A DNA stretch of 64,000 bases from NCBI GenBank assembly GCA_030265395.1, contig JARFYF010000056.1, forward strand, positions 19,461,595 to 19,525,594, in the 5' to 3' direction. Numbering within the stretch: the stretch's first letter is position 1; every line of letters starts with the position of its first letter. The notes below the pieces were generated by a model that saw nothing but the letters and a program-made list of their open reading frames with translations, was not told the DNA's origin and did no database searches. Positions 41,071-53,545 of this stretch are shown in pieces. The translations under genes were made by a program, and so were the position numbers. This DNA is from Rhina ancylostomus. Taxonomy: Eukaryota.

Positions 41071-44000
41071 CGCTCTCTGCCTTTTTTCTTTTGTTTCAGT
41101 GTGATCACCTCCCATTCAGAGGATAACTCTGAATCAATTTCTCCTTACAATCTTCTCTAGCCAGGAGTCAAACTAGAGAGCTTTTGATGTACCACCTCTA
41201 AACCAAGTAAGTCCTAAATATATAAAGATGAAATCTGAACATGATACTTAGTCCTGTACAACTGCAGCAAGATTTTCATGTACTCCAAGTGCATTGCTAT
41301 AAAGTTCAACAAACCTAACTGCTTGCCGTAGCTTCATGTTAATTTTGTATTTCATGTAGAAGATCACTGAAATCCACTGAACACCAACATACAAGATCTT
41401 CACCATTTAAAAATGTTCTCTTTTGTATTTCTTACTTTTCCACCTAAAATCTGTTGTTAGGAAATTACTGGGGTCCATACTTAGTGTCAGAACATCTTTA
41501 AAATTTACAGCTAATTTGAGAGATAAGAGGATTTGTTAAGGATGATCTATACCTTGAATATTTTTGAAGCAGTGGGTAGGGAAATGCCTAACTGAGTACT
41601 TATATGGATTTTCAGATGGCAGTTGTAACACCAGAAACTGTTAAGCACAATTAAAGCAAAAGTTGGAGTAAAATTATTGATCTGAAACTGGATGAATGAC
41701 AATTAAAAGAGCAGTGGTTAAAAATAGTTCTGCAGATTGGGTGGTGTGACCAGTGATATCTCACAAAGATCAATGTCAGGTTTGGAACTATTCATCTTAT
41801 TTAAAAATGATGTAGATTAAAATATAGAAAGCCACATATCCCAGAGGTAGGTAGCACAGATGTAGGTGGAACTCTAAACAATGTAGATAGAAGCACAAAC
41901 CCATAAAAGGATGTTAAGCAAATAAGTAAAATTTTGATTAATGGATTTAAATGCAGGCAAATGCACAACCATTCACTTTGGACCTAAAAAGGATAGATCA
42001 AAGTTCTTTTTAAATAGTGAAGAGCTACGAGTAATGGAGTTCAGAAAAGGAAGGTTAATTAAAATGTCATGGAGAGGTATAGAAAATAATCAGAAAGGAA
42101 AATAGAATGCTGCCTTTCCCTCCTTTGGACTTAGAGGTCACCAAACCCACAGGCCCTCAGAGTCGGATGCAACAGTCTGAGAGCCACATTACTTGCACAA
42201 CTTTTATATGTCTATTTTTAGTGCTAATACTTCAATGTATAAAATTTATAGAAAAAAACATTAAAACTCATTATTCTGCATCACGGTAATTACTGCAAGA
42301 TGTTAAACCTTGAGAGTTTCTACTCCAGTCATAACTCTTTGAAAATCTGGTTGACATATTGGCAGAGTGAAGGGGTTTGGTTAGATGTTGATTTTTAAGG
42401 GTTACAAGATGTTTCAATTCCTTGAAGTTTAAGTGAATACAGTGAATCAGAGCGATTTACTGCACCAAAAAAATCAATCTTGATTTGAGAGTATTTTGTT
42501 CCTTTAGGCACTTACTTCCAGAATTTGATTTAGATTCTCTTTTTCTGGAATTCCAGTTCTCCAGTAGATGTTGCAGTAACTGTGATTTTGAGAATTGCAC
42601 AGGGCTTGTTGATCACCTCGATCAAGAGATTTATGAGGAAGGTGAAGCAGGATCTCCATGTCTGAAAACCTTCAGAATTGTAATTTGCATTTGTATTCCT
42701 TGGGTTGGAACAATTTTGATTTGTGGTAACATATTTACTCAAATTTTGAGATGGGATAAAGTGATGCAAATCTCTTGACTGTTTAATTTGTTCTGGAAGC
42801 TGAAAACTGAGTAAGGTCAGATATTCTTTATCCTTCCCTGGGGGGGGGGGGGTCAAGTTGAATCCCATCAGAAATTGCACCTTTCTTATTTGTTGAGTTC
42901 TACCCATATAGACTCAGTAGACGGCGTCCTCCATTATGTCCCGAGTCCAGCTGTGATACTGTTCCTGATTAATAGTGAAACTCACTCTCCTCTTTTACCT
43001 TCCTCTCAACCTTTCCTAAAAGAAATGAAACCCTGGAACATTAAGCATCTAGTCCTCTCTCTCTCAACCAAGTCTCTGTAATGGCCACAACATCACAGTT
43101 CCATGTACTGATCTGTGCCCGTCACCCTTACCCTTAATACTCCTAGCATTAAAATAAACACACTAGCTCACCAAGGCCCTGTGTCCTACTCTCTTTATGC
43201 TGTTACGGACTAGGTTACAATTAGTGAGGTCCCTTTAACATAGTGAGTGTGAGTGTGGTGTGCTTACGTCAACAGAAGATAAAGAACATCATGATGTTGT
43301 TGGACTGGCCAGTCGGAGTCAATCTGAAGGAGAGAGAGACACNNNNNNNNNNNNNNNNNNNNNNNNNNNNNNNNNNNNNNNNNNNNNNNNNNNNNNNNNN
43401 NNNNNNNNNNNNNNNNNNNNNNNNNNNNNNNNNNNNNNNNNNGTCAAGTTGAGATTTTGCAGATGCCCCATAATATCAGTGAAAATATCAGATCATTCAT
43501 CCATCGCTATCTACAAGTTGTGGACAGAAATTTCTACTTTCTTCAAGGAAGACAATAGAGGAAAACAACAGTTCCAGAAATTTATGGGTGGCACAGCTCC
43601 AGCAAACTGGGATCCTGTGCTGCATGCATGGAGTTTGCTCATTTTCCTTGTGACAATGTGGGCTTCCTCTGCATGCTCCAGTTTCCTCTCACATCCTGAA
43701 GATGTTTGGGTTGGTAGTTCAGTTGGCCTCTGTAAATTGGCCTTTGTAATTTCACGAAGTTGTAGTGTTTAGGCATCCAGCTCATCAGAATATTTTAACC
43801 CCAAGAGAAAGTCAAAACAATAACAGATTAGCAGTGATGGTTATATATAGATTTGAGTGTTTGGAGAATGCAAAAATAAAATTAGAAAAATATTTAAAAT
43901 AGCGATCTTAATACCTCGTGAATACTGGTGCAGTGGTGTCTTAGCATTCTTAGGCCCCTATTTTCCACACAAAAAAATTCCACAGCTCCTTTCGTGTAAA

Positions 44001-44299
44001 GGGCGTCAAGGCCAATAAATTGGATCCACACATAAAAAAAACAAAGCAATAATGACTGCATAATCTGAATTTAGTAATGGGGAATAAATATCGACTGGTA
44101 CACCGGGGAGAACTTTCCAGATCTATTTCAAATCACAGTGGGATCTTCTACATCTGCTCAAATCCACAACCATCTGGATCAAGCGCAAGGCTTTTTACAC
44201 TGAAGTCATTTTGAAGATGCATATGTCGGGAATGCTATCATAGCAAGTTCCACCCTAAACAAGTTTCAAAATTGATGGGAAACATTAAGAAAATGTAAC

Positions 44300-45450
44300 T
44301 TGAAACAATATTTCAAAACAATACTTGGATCAGGTGCGAGGGGGTTAGCGAATAAGCCAATCAGCCTCTCCTGTACGGTAAGGCAGCCGCCTTTCTTGCC
44401 CGCCCGAAATAGGGAGAGGCGCAGAAGCGCCATTATGTAATGGAGCCGCGACTTGGCNNNNNNNNNNCCCAGACCCTCACTGACAGTGCAGCGCTCACTC
44501 TCCCGCCCATGTATGATGGGGGAACAATTCTGCGCCGAGGAAAGGCCGCACAGGGGAGAGGGGTGGGTCTCCAAGATCCCCCGCCAGAGTCCTCCACCCC
44601 CGGGATCAAGAAACTAACCCAACTGGGATCAATTTTGTTGCCACTACTTAGTTTCGCTTTTTTTCAAAAAAATACACACCTCAAACACCGGGAGACTACG
44701 TCTGCGCAACGCCGGCATGCTAGGAGTTGTAGTCCTCGCACGCTCAACCCAAACGCTTCCTGACCCCCGGGCCCTGGAGGGGAGAACTACACCTCCCATC
44801 GGGCCCCGCGCGGTCAGCGCAGGCGCAGTGTCTCGGCGGGCTCCGTATGTCGCCGCGGAGGATGCACGAAGATTAGAGGCGAGCCAGCAAGCGGCCGCTG
44901 GTTACAGCGCTGCGGAGCCGCGGGGCAGGTACCCAGTCTCCCATTTCTTGTATCTGCCGGATCCCCTCGCCCCAGCTTTGGGGGGTTGCAGGAGGGTGAG
45001 GCAGGTCTGGAGTCGGAGCCTAGGAATAGCGGCGCTAGCTCCCGGTCGATACATTGTATCCAGGGGCCGCCGTGTAACAAAGCGCCCGCTACATTGTTTC
45101 AGCTCCAGCTCGCCCGCCACTCGCAGCACGGCGAACGTCTCATTCCTCGCTCCGCTACAACGTGTCCGGCTCCCGAGTATCAAGCTCCGGGAGNNNNNNN
45201 NNNNNNNNNNNNNNNNNNNNNNNNNNNNNNNNNNNNNNNNNNNNNNNNNNNNNNNNNNNNNNNNNNNNNNNNNNNNNNNNNNNNNNNNNNNNNNNNNNNN
45301 NNNNNNNNNNNNNNNNNNNNNACGCATCCCGCTCTCGCTGCTGGGGGAAGCGGGTTTCTATACTACCGCCCGCTTCCCGGAGAACTGGAATCCGACTGTC
45401 CGTGGCGGGCGGGAAGTGGGTGGTCGTGCAATAAATAAATGAATGATGGA
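44300..45450 (+). promoter_or_regulatory. BRD3: BRD3 CpG-island promoter with non-coding exon 1
   Basis: CpG island with CCAAT at 44357-44361. Two opposed ZNF143/THAP11-type ACTACAnnTCC(C) motifs (GGAGTTGTAGT near 44723-44733; ACTACACCTCCCA at 44786-44798). NRF1-like GCGCAGGCGCA at 44817-44827. Candidate donors CAG|GTACCC (about 44929) and AGG|GTGAGG (about 44996). Confidence 0.75.
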
Positions 45451-47205
45451 GCCGACTAGTTTGTCTCCGGGATTGGTTGCAAACAAACACACCTCAGTGT
45501 TTTGGGAGGAGCAGAGGCTGCTTTAGGTTCAATGTGAACCCGCAGCATTAAAACAGCATGGAGCTTCTTCCCTTCTCCCACCTGATGTGATTCCCGAGCA
45601 ACCGGATTGGTGAATAAAGATATGGGAAGTTCCAGCAATTTTGAATATTATTAGCCTTTTAAAGAACAAAATTCTCACCAATGATCAACCCCTTTCCGCT
45701 GTTGGAGGCGGGGCAGCCGCTTAATAAATAGTCCAAGTGTGAACCGTGAATCTGTTTGGTTGTGGTCCGAATCAGTGCCAATAGCAAAGTGGCTCGGAGC
45801 AGGAACTTCTTTCCATTCTAGAAGTGGAGATTTCTCAATTCATCCAGAGAGGAATGGACTGAGGTTACAATCTACAGCACAGTTACTCCCTAATTGGAAA
45901 ATGTATCATATTTAAAAGAAGCCCCTTTCGACCCGCCCATCTCTTCAAATTGACGCTGTCTTTAACTGGATTCAACTCGGCGATGTTAAGCAACAAGTTC
46001 AAGGAATGAGCATACTTTGTTGAAACGGTGACAGATTTTAACAACAGCCCCTCTGAATCGCTCTATTTTTCAGTCTTTTCTGAGTCTGAGAGCATCCAGA
46101 TATTTTTTTTGAAGTGTTAGTCTATTTTGGGGTGGATGGGTGTTTGATCAGATTCATGTTAACCCTCTAACTGCTAGTCTGTATGATCCTTAAATCCAAG
46201 TCGACAAAGGGAGAGATTGCAGTCTCTGGAGAGGTTCCTTCTAGACAGCAACAGGCTTTCCTATGGTTTATATGTGGGAATACTTTTAATTCACATTTAT
46301 AGTCCTGGTGCTGCATCAAGTCAGAGGAACTCAATCTTCAAGCAAGGTTTTGTCAACTCAATCAGGGGATGCAAACCAAGCCCACAGCTCTAGGTTCTGT
46401 TTTAAGTCTCTGCAACCCAGAAGTTAAGAGGATTTACTGCCTGAGAACTGAATAAGACCATTCAGCCTCTTGATGCTGTCCTCCCAGTTGACCATTAGTT
46501 ATCAGTCAACTATGGCTTACCTGTCACATGATTTCTTCGATGCACCCCAGTTCATATTCTTTGATATAATTACACAAAAGAAGTCCATTGAGCTCTGTTA
46601 ACAATTTTTTTTCCACAGGTCGGTTGAAAAATGTTGCACATTTCCATGTTTCTGTATGAAGAAATACCTCTGGATATCACCTCCAAATAGCACGCTGTAA
46701 TTATAAACAGGAAACACTAGAAACACTCAGAGGGTCGTGCAGCATCAGTGGAAAGACAAATGGAGTTAACATTTCAGTTTAAGGACCCTCAAGCAGCCAG
46801 TTGTAGTTATAAGATAGTGCACCCTTGTCTGGATCCACTCCCCCGGAGTAGTTTCTCCCTGTATCCCCACAATGTTTTTTTGAAATGATAGGTTTTCCAT
46901 TCTTATATAATTTTTAAAAAATAAATTGGTTTAATTCAAAAAAGCAGTAACTTCAAACTGTATATCTCTAATAATTTAGCTGATATGCAAAAGATGTGCT
47001 TTTTTGGTTCTGCAAAACAAAGTGGGGAGCTGTGGGACTTGTCTTGCATCCCAAGAGTGAGTTGCTGACACCTTGCTTACAGATTTGGTTCTCTAAAAGC
47101 AGAGCCATGGGTTTGCAATGAATAACTCACAATTCTGTTGCACTTGTGTGAAACCATGAACTTTGAAAGCTGTTGTTTGGAGATCACATTCCAAGGTTTT
47201 GAGCA

Positions 47206-47618
47206 CAGTAAAACTCTGATAATCTGGTAGCTGATTGAAGGTTTGACATCAGGTTTGCTCCTCAATCCAGAACATGAGGTGGGGTCCAGAATGCCAGCAG
47301 GGCATGTGACCAAAGCTGAGGCTCTGGACTATGGGCTGGGTGTGCAACCAGAGTCAGGTTTAGGGTCCAGAATGCCAGGGATCAGGAACGTGGATACACT
47401 TGCGACTGGAGCCAGGGTCCAGAGGGCTTCTATATTTTCTGCTCCCTTTAATCCCACCAGGACACAGGAACACTTATTATACTACTGTGTGACATCTTAA
47501 GGAAAGTGAAGTAAAAGTGTGCTTGGGTATTAATAGGATTAACATCCAGTAGCCTGGAGAATCTGCCAATCTGGCATTAGCAAAATCCCAAGAGTGCCGG
47601 ATTATCGGAATTTTACTC
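47206..47618. mobile_element. TcMar/Tigger-like MITE
   Basis: TIRs CAGTAAAACTCTGATAATCTGG and CCGGATTATCGGAATTTTACTC, with TA on the right flank. Confidence 0.65.
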
Positions 47619-47849
47619 TATTTGGTTTCAGGATTTGGTGGGATATTTGATGAGATTTTGAGGGGCCTGTAGAGTATTTGATGCGCGTTGATAAGTTTTT
47701 AGAGAGGAATTTGGTTTGTGTGATGTTTTGTGGTTTACTTCTGTTTCTATTATTTGCAGAGTCACAGGTAGTTTTACTGGGTTTGCACCAGTTTGAGTGT
47801 TGTTGGTAATCAACAGATATGTGTGATTTTGTGTGCAGTTTATAGATTC

Positions 47850-48160
47850 TAAGATAAGATAAGATATTTATTTTTTAGTTACATGTACATCGAAGCACAC
47901 AGTGAAATGCATTTTTTTGCATCACTGAGAATGTGCTGGGGGCACCCCGCAAGTGTTGCCACTCTTCTGACACCAACATTGCATGCCCACAACTCCTAAC
48001 CCGTATGTCTTTGGAATGTGGGAGGAAACTGGAGCACCTGGAGGAAACCCACACAGACACAATGGGAGAACATACAAACTCCTTACAGGCAGCAGCGGGA
48101 ATTGAACCCAGGTCACTGGTGCTGTGGTAGCATTATGCTAACCGCCAGACTACTGTGCCA
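47850..48160 (-). mobile_element. V-SINE, near full length
   Basis: Reverse-complement homolog of 30392-30680, including the (TCTTA)n tail. Confidence 0.85.
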
Positions 48161-50637
48161 CGCTGGTTGTCTATTGTGGGTAATATAGTGATATTTAATA
48201 CATGGTGATGGATTTTGTGGGGTATTGGATGAGTGGTGATTGGCTTTTGTTGGGTATCTGCTGGGCCATGGGTATTGAAGGGTTGCGGTATTTTCTCAGG
48301 TGTTTGGTTTTGGATCTTTGAGTCACCTGGTTTTTGTGGGGTATTTGTTATGTGGCTGGAGATTGGTTATTTGACAGCGGGGATAGTTTCACCGTGGGTT
48401 TTGGAGAGTTTCAAGTGATGTGATAAAAGACTCTGCAGTGAAAACTGACATACATTATTACAGCCCTTTAACATAATGTTCCATCGTTTTTACTGGTTAT
48501 GACAATAACACCTTCAGACTAAAGTTAATGCCATATTGTTATGGTATCATTTGTGTTGTAGATATCAATGGCTTTCACTTCAGTCCAAAATGTCGACCAT
48601 TCCTTTGCATCTGCAGATGCTGTCTGACTTGCTGAGTTCCTCCAGCAGATTGCTTTTTGCTCTAGATTACAGCATCTGCTATCTCTTGTGTCTCTGGTTT
48701 TCTCTTTGTTGGATAACAGTTCGTTTTAGTACCATAAAACCCACTTGTTTCCTCTATTCCCAAGCTCTGACAAGGGGTCTTCCTCTGTGACTAGTTTCTA
48801 TTCTTATATTTCCTAATGGACTCTGTTGTCTTGTCATGTAGTGCGATGCCTCACTACCCGTGAGGTCAGCACTGAGGCTTGGGGTTCAGGATTTGATGAA
48901 ATGCACTCCTGAAATCATCTATGTTGCCCCTCTGACTCTTGACACAATAACTAGGATTAATTGAGTGCCAAGAAAACATTGTATCTTATAGTTAAACCCA
49001 GTGTTTATTTCTAAATTTCCCCCTTACAGCAAGGAGTTACTTAACCCCAGGATTCTAATTGGGGTTTTTGGTCAAGGACTTGGATACATTATGTAATATC
49101 TAAAATGCTCATGAAATCTTGTGCTGACAAATAATTGATATGATGCATGAAAATGTCTGATGTAAAATGGGTAAAAATTGGAATGGAATCAACAGAAGGA
49201 AATTTATGAATGGCATTTCATTTTTTTTATCTTTGGGGTCTACACAGTAGTTAATTGAAAATGGCTACTACACCATCGGTGGACATCCCTTCAGCTATAT
49301 TATGTGCAAGCTCTGGTTTTCCCTCTTTGAAGTCATTCTGTCTCTTTCCTCTTTTAAGATGGTCCTTAGATACTACTTTACCCAAACTATCCTAATGGTT
49401 CTTCCATTTTGCTCAGTGTCCAACTTTGGCTGCTAATCTCTTTAGTGAAACATCTTGAAATATTTTATCACATTAACAGTGTGATTATCAATGCAAGTTG
49501 ATGCATTGGAATGCTGTGATACTTTCTCCAACAGTGGAGTATAAGTGCAGAGGCATTGCTATGCTTTATAATGTAGTAATGACAGCTGAGTCACAAGTTT
49601 GATTCCCTTCTGTTCATTTACTAAAAGGATTGAATGATCCATGGGAATGAAAGAATACCATTTGGCGCCCCCAAAACCATGGGACACAAACAGGCAGAAA
49701 CTGTTCAGCACTTTGTACCTGTTCTATAGAAACTGGAAAAGGCCCTTCAGCCCATCATAGAGATCTGTACCTCAACTCTTTACCCATGTTTGCTCCATAT
49801 CCATCTCCCAATAGCATCCACAGTCTTGGGGGATGATCATGTGTGAAGGGGAAAGATGCTGAGCAAATGATACAGAAGCTCTGTTTGTGGAAATCTTAAA
49901 GAAGATATTAAAGTAATGGTTTACCAAGGTGGTTGTAAGTTATTAAAAGTTTAGATAAGGTTTTGGGTGCCTACAAGTAATTCAAGACTGGGGAGGGAGT
50001 AGAAGGGATACAATAAAGTAATCTTGATGGTGGAGGGATTTGGTGTGGGAGAAAATGTCAGGTGCATTTGTGTCTTCTCGTTGGAATTAAGAAGAGTAAG
50101 TTACTTGGGAAATATGGAAAGTAACTGGGGATGTATTTTTCCTGGTGATCAATTACTGAGCAATCAGGGAGCATAAAATTAAAAGACAAAGGGAGAGTTT
50201 TGAAGTCCCCTTTGTGTGGGAAGCAAATTGAGAATAACTTAAGTAGATAAATACTGAAAGAACTAAAATTTAACATGCTCGATGGCGTGGGCAATAGATG
50301 TGTACTTTCACAGAAAGAGTATAAGTGTGATAAGTTAAATCTGCTGCAACACATAATGGTTCTTTAATACTTCAGTATAGTATTGAGGACGTGTTTTTAA
50401 GCTACTAAAATTAACTCAGCTCCACAAAGGATAGTGGGTGGCAGAGGCAGGATCCTGAGGTGCTGGATAAAAAAGTGAAAGATTAAGTTCCCAAGGGATG
50501 ATGGCACGATGGACTGAATGGGTTTTGTTTATCTCAAACCACCTGTTCTTTTGTCCATTGGCCCCGCAGAGTGTTCGGTATCCCCAACAGCATTCACGCA
50601 AATAGGTGCTGAATGCAGGTGGAGGCAAATCCAAGTA

Positions 50638-50853
50638 CAGGTAGTTCTGCTTTAACACTTTCATAACACAAATTGGTTACAACGTGATTGATGGATTAGG
50701 AAACACCATTTGCATTACGCTGGCCACGTTGGTTATGACGCAGTCGGGAAAACTTGGCTAAATCTGTGCTTTGAAGGCCTGTTTTGCTATAAACACTTTC
50801 TATAATGCAAAGTTTTTCTTTGTGTTACCATTGTGTTATAGCAGAACAACCAG
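50638..50853. mobile_element. TcMar/Tigger-like MITE (216 bp)
   Basis: 21-nt TIRs CAGGTAGTTCTGCTTTAACAC and GTGTTATAGCAGAACAACCAG (3 mismatches), flanked by TA on both sides. Confidence 0.75.
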
Positions 50854-52782
50854 TACTAAGCGTCAATGGCAAATTGAATCATAGCATTTGACACTCAACT
50901 GAGTAGCAATGACCAAGCTCCTGGAGCAGCAATCCCAGTTGTTTTCCCCATTCCTCCTCCTGTCCAAGGACCAGGGCTAATTGTGGCACTCTTATCTGGG
51001 AAGTGGCTGGCCTGCTAATTCAGGAACTTGTGATACTGGATTGGTTTTGGTGGGTGGGGGATGTGCATTCAGCCACCAAACCAGTGGTTTCACCCTACAA
51101 CAATCTGGCTTATAGAGAAGTTTGCTGACGCACAATGAGATATTTATGTTCAACAGTGGGGTGGAGGTCGTGGAGAAGGGGAATGTGATGGGGAAATGGA
51201 CAAGAAGATGTGGAATGATGCCAGGTATCCAGGTTTTGACCAACTAAGAATAGATGTAGTTGGGAGACTAGATTGCATGAAAATGGCAGTGAAGTACTGG
51301 GTATCATGATGTAAAGAGGTGGCAGGGTAAAATGTTGGTTTCAGTAACTGGAGGGAATCTGAAGGTAGGGTGGTTTCTTATCCAGAAGAAGGGCAAATGG
51401 TAGCAGTGCTCAAGTATACCCCACACACAGGTTATATTCCCACTCCATTCTGTTGACAGGTTTGGTGTTCTTTTTAACCATGAGCTGAGCTTCCTGTTCT
51501 CTCTGTGATTAAGATCACCTGCTTCCATCTCTGTAACGTAGTTCAGCTGCGCCCCTGCCTCAGCCTGTCTGTCACTGAAAACTCTCGTCCAAGCCCTTGT
51601 CACCTCTGGTTGTGATTATTTTGAAGCACTTGTGGCTGACTTTCCACTCCTTATGCTCAGTCTGCACCTACTGTAAGTGGCTTTGGTGGAGATTGGGAGG
51701 GGGATAGAGCACAGGTACTGAGGTGGATTGCAGCTTCTATACCCTATTTTTTCAGCCCTTTCTCTCTTTTACCCCTTCTTGTTGTCCCACTTTTTTTTCT
51801 GTCTTTCCCCCTCTCTTTACCTCTTCTGTTTTTCACATCCCTGATACCTGATTACCTGACCATCAGAAATTGGGGCTGATCTTGTTGCGTTGGATGCTCT
51901 AGCTCTGGGTGAGCCTGTGCACCTTATTTTTCTTTCCTGCAATGTACTTTGGGTACTTNNNNNNNNNNNNNNNNNNNNNNNNNNNNNNNNNNNNNNNNNN
52001 NNNNNNNNNNNNNNNNNNNNNNNNNNNNNNNNNNNNNNNNNNNNNNNNNNNNNNNNNNGTACTTTAGTTACTTGGTATTTCATGTCTTTTCAGTGCTTGA
52101 TCCCCATCAGTGAATTGGCATGAGTTGGGCACGTGTAGTGGCCTGTGCACAGTTCTCATCACATACCACTTGGGATGCCATGATAGTTCCTGTTGATTGC
52201 CATGTTTTGCTGGTTGACTGATATTTTAAGAAAAAAACATTAACTAGGGCACGTCAGGTCTGTCTCATCAGCTTCCTTGGTGTTTTGGTCCTAGTTCTGT
52301 TTGTATATTAATGTGAGGTTCTGATTCCAAGCTCCTGATGCCAACACAGACCGAGTGGGCCAGGGATTTGCTAATCTCTGGAGTTTACTGACAATCATGG
52401 CAGTACCAGCCCTGTTTGAAAGTCGGTCACTGGCTTTTGTTCCCAAACATATCTCATCTGGGTAGAAAACACTTGCTGCAATCAAAATAATTTACTGGAT
52501 TGCAGTGTGATTTGCTAATACTGTGCCTTGGGCAAGACCTTTTCATGACACCTTCCTTTAACCAAGTGCACTTTTAACACCATGCCCTTTGCAAGCTGTT
52601 ATTACCAAAGAGCAACTTCTTACATTTGGACATTCTCTGATTCTAATGTGGCCCTTTTACTTACAGTTTGCACCGTGGGGGAAGAAGTTGGAGATGGGAT
52701 TTGAATTGCCTTTGGGGACCATTGAGCAAAACACAGAGTCCGGAGGTTGCCATTGATGTGTAACGTATTGAGGTGCCTACAG

Positions 52783-52989
52783 ATGTCAGCAGCAGCTCCA
52801 GCTCCTCAGCCACTGGCCTCTGTTGGGACAGCTCTCGCTTTGTCTCCAGAGGTTATGAACCCCAACAAGCCTGGGCGTGTGACTAACCAACTCCAGTACA
52901 TGCTGAAAGTGGTGGTGAAGACCCTGTGGAAGCACCAGTTTGCCTGGCCTTTTCATGTGCCTGTCGACGCACAGAAACTTAACTTGCCA
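52783..52989 (+). CDS. BRD3: BRD3 first coding exon (exon starts at 52667), start of bromodomain 1
   Basis: MSAAAPAP...[40 protein letters not shown]; acceptor TTACAG at 52666; donor CCA|GTAGGT. Confidence 0.92.
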
Positions 52990-53224
52990 GTAGGTCACAC
53001 TTTTTCTAAAACAGCACAATTGCCATTGTGAAGTGCTTTGATTAAAGTTGACATTTTATTTATTTTAGCTTCAGTGGTTGCTGGCAGATTGACCCTGTGT
53101 GGTATTGAGGTAAACGGGAGTTTCCTTACTCCAACCCCACCAGGTGTGCACCGTGTGTTTTGATCTCATAGGGAAGGTAAAGCTTGTGACTAGTGCGGTG
53201 GTTATGAAGGATGGGGAGAGCTGC

Positions 53225-53545
53225 TCATTGCCATTGTCTGGTGACCCCTGGGTTAGATAGAGGGAAAATCCAAGCCAGATTTGTGCTCCTGATTACTGTC
53301 TACTATCTAAAGAGAAGGGGAAATCAGGCAGAATTGCTGTTCCTGGTCACTATTCAACGGCCCTTGCATCAGAGAATGGGGAAATCAGCCAACTGCTTGC
53401 TCTTGGTCAATGTCCAGTGTCCTCTGGTTTAGAGAGGAAATCAGCTAAGGTTCCTGCTTCTGATCACCATCTGGCGACTCCTGGTATATAGGGAAAGGAA
53501 ATCAGCCAGACCTCCGCCTGATCATTGCTTATAAACCTTGGTATA
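53225..53545 (+). repeat. Degenerate tandem array of about 58-nt units
   Basis: Anchor AAATC(A) at 53266, 53321, 53382, 53438 and 53499, each followed by a variant of GCTCCTGATCAC. Confidence 0.65.

Larger units (their letters stand above)
39220..42799 (-). pseudogene. Putative decayed TEX45/SAXO5-like gene (microtubule inner protein family)
   Basis: About seven minus-strand segments translate into peptides colinear with recalled human TEX45, with stops and frameshifts. Splice sites at 42799/42516, 42420/42309, 41197 and 40449, with phase-compatible junctions. See findings. Confidence 0.5.

Noticed and set aside
44440-45490. Overlapping long ORFs on both strands
   Set aside because: Expected from stop-codon scarcity in a CpG island plus a gap; treated as promoter and 5' UTR.
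53225-53545. Repeat-spacer-like periodicity reminiscent of CRISPR
   Set aside because: Vertebrate intron, repeats are highly degenerate across the whole unit, and there are no cas genes.
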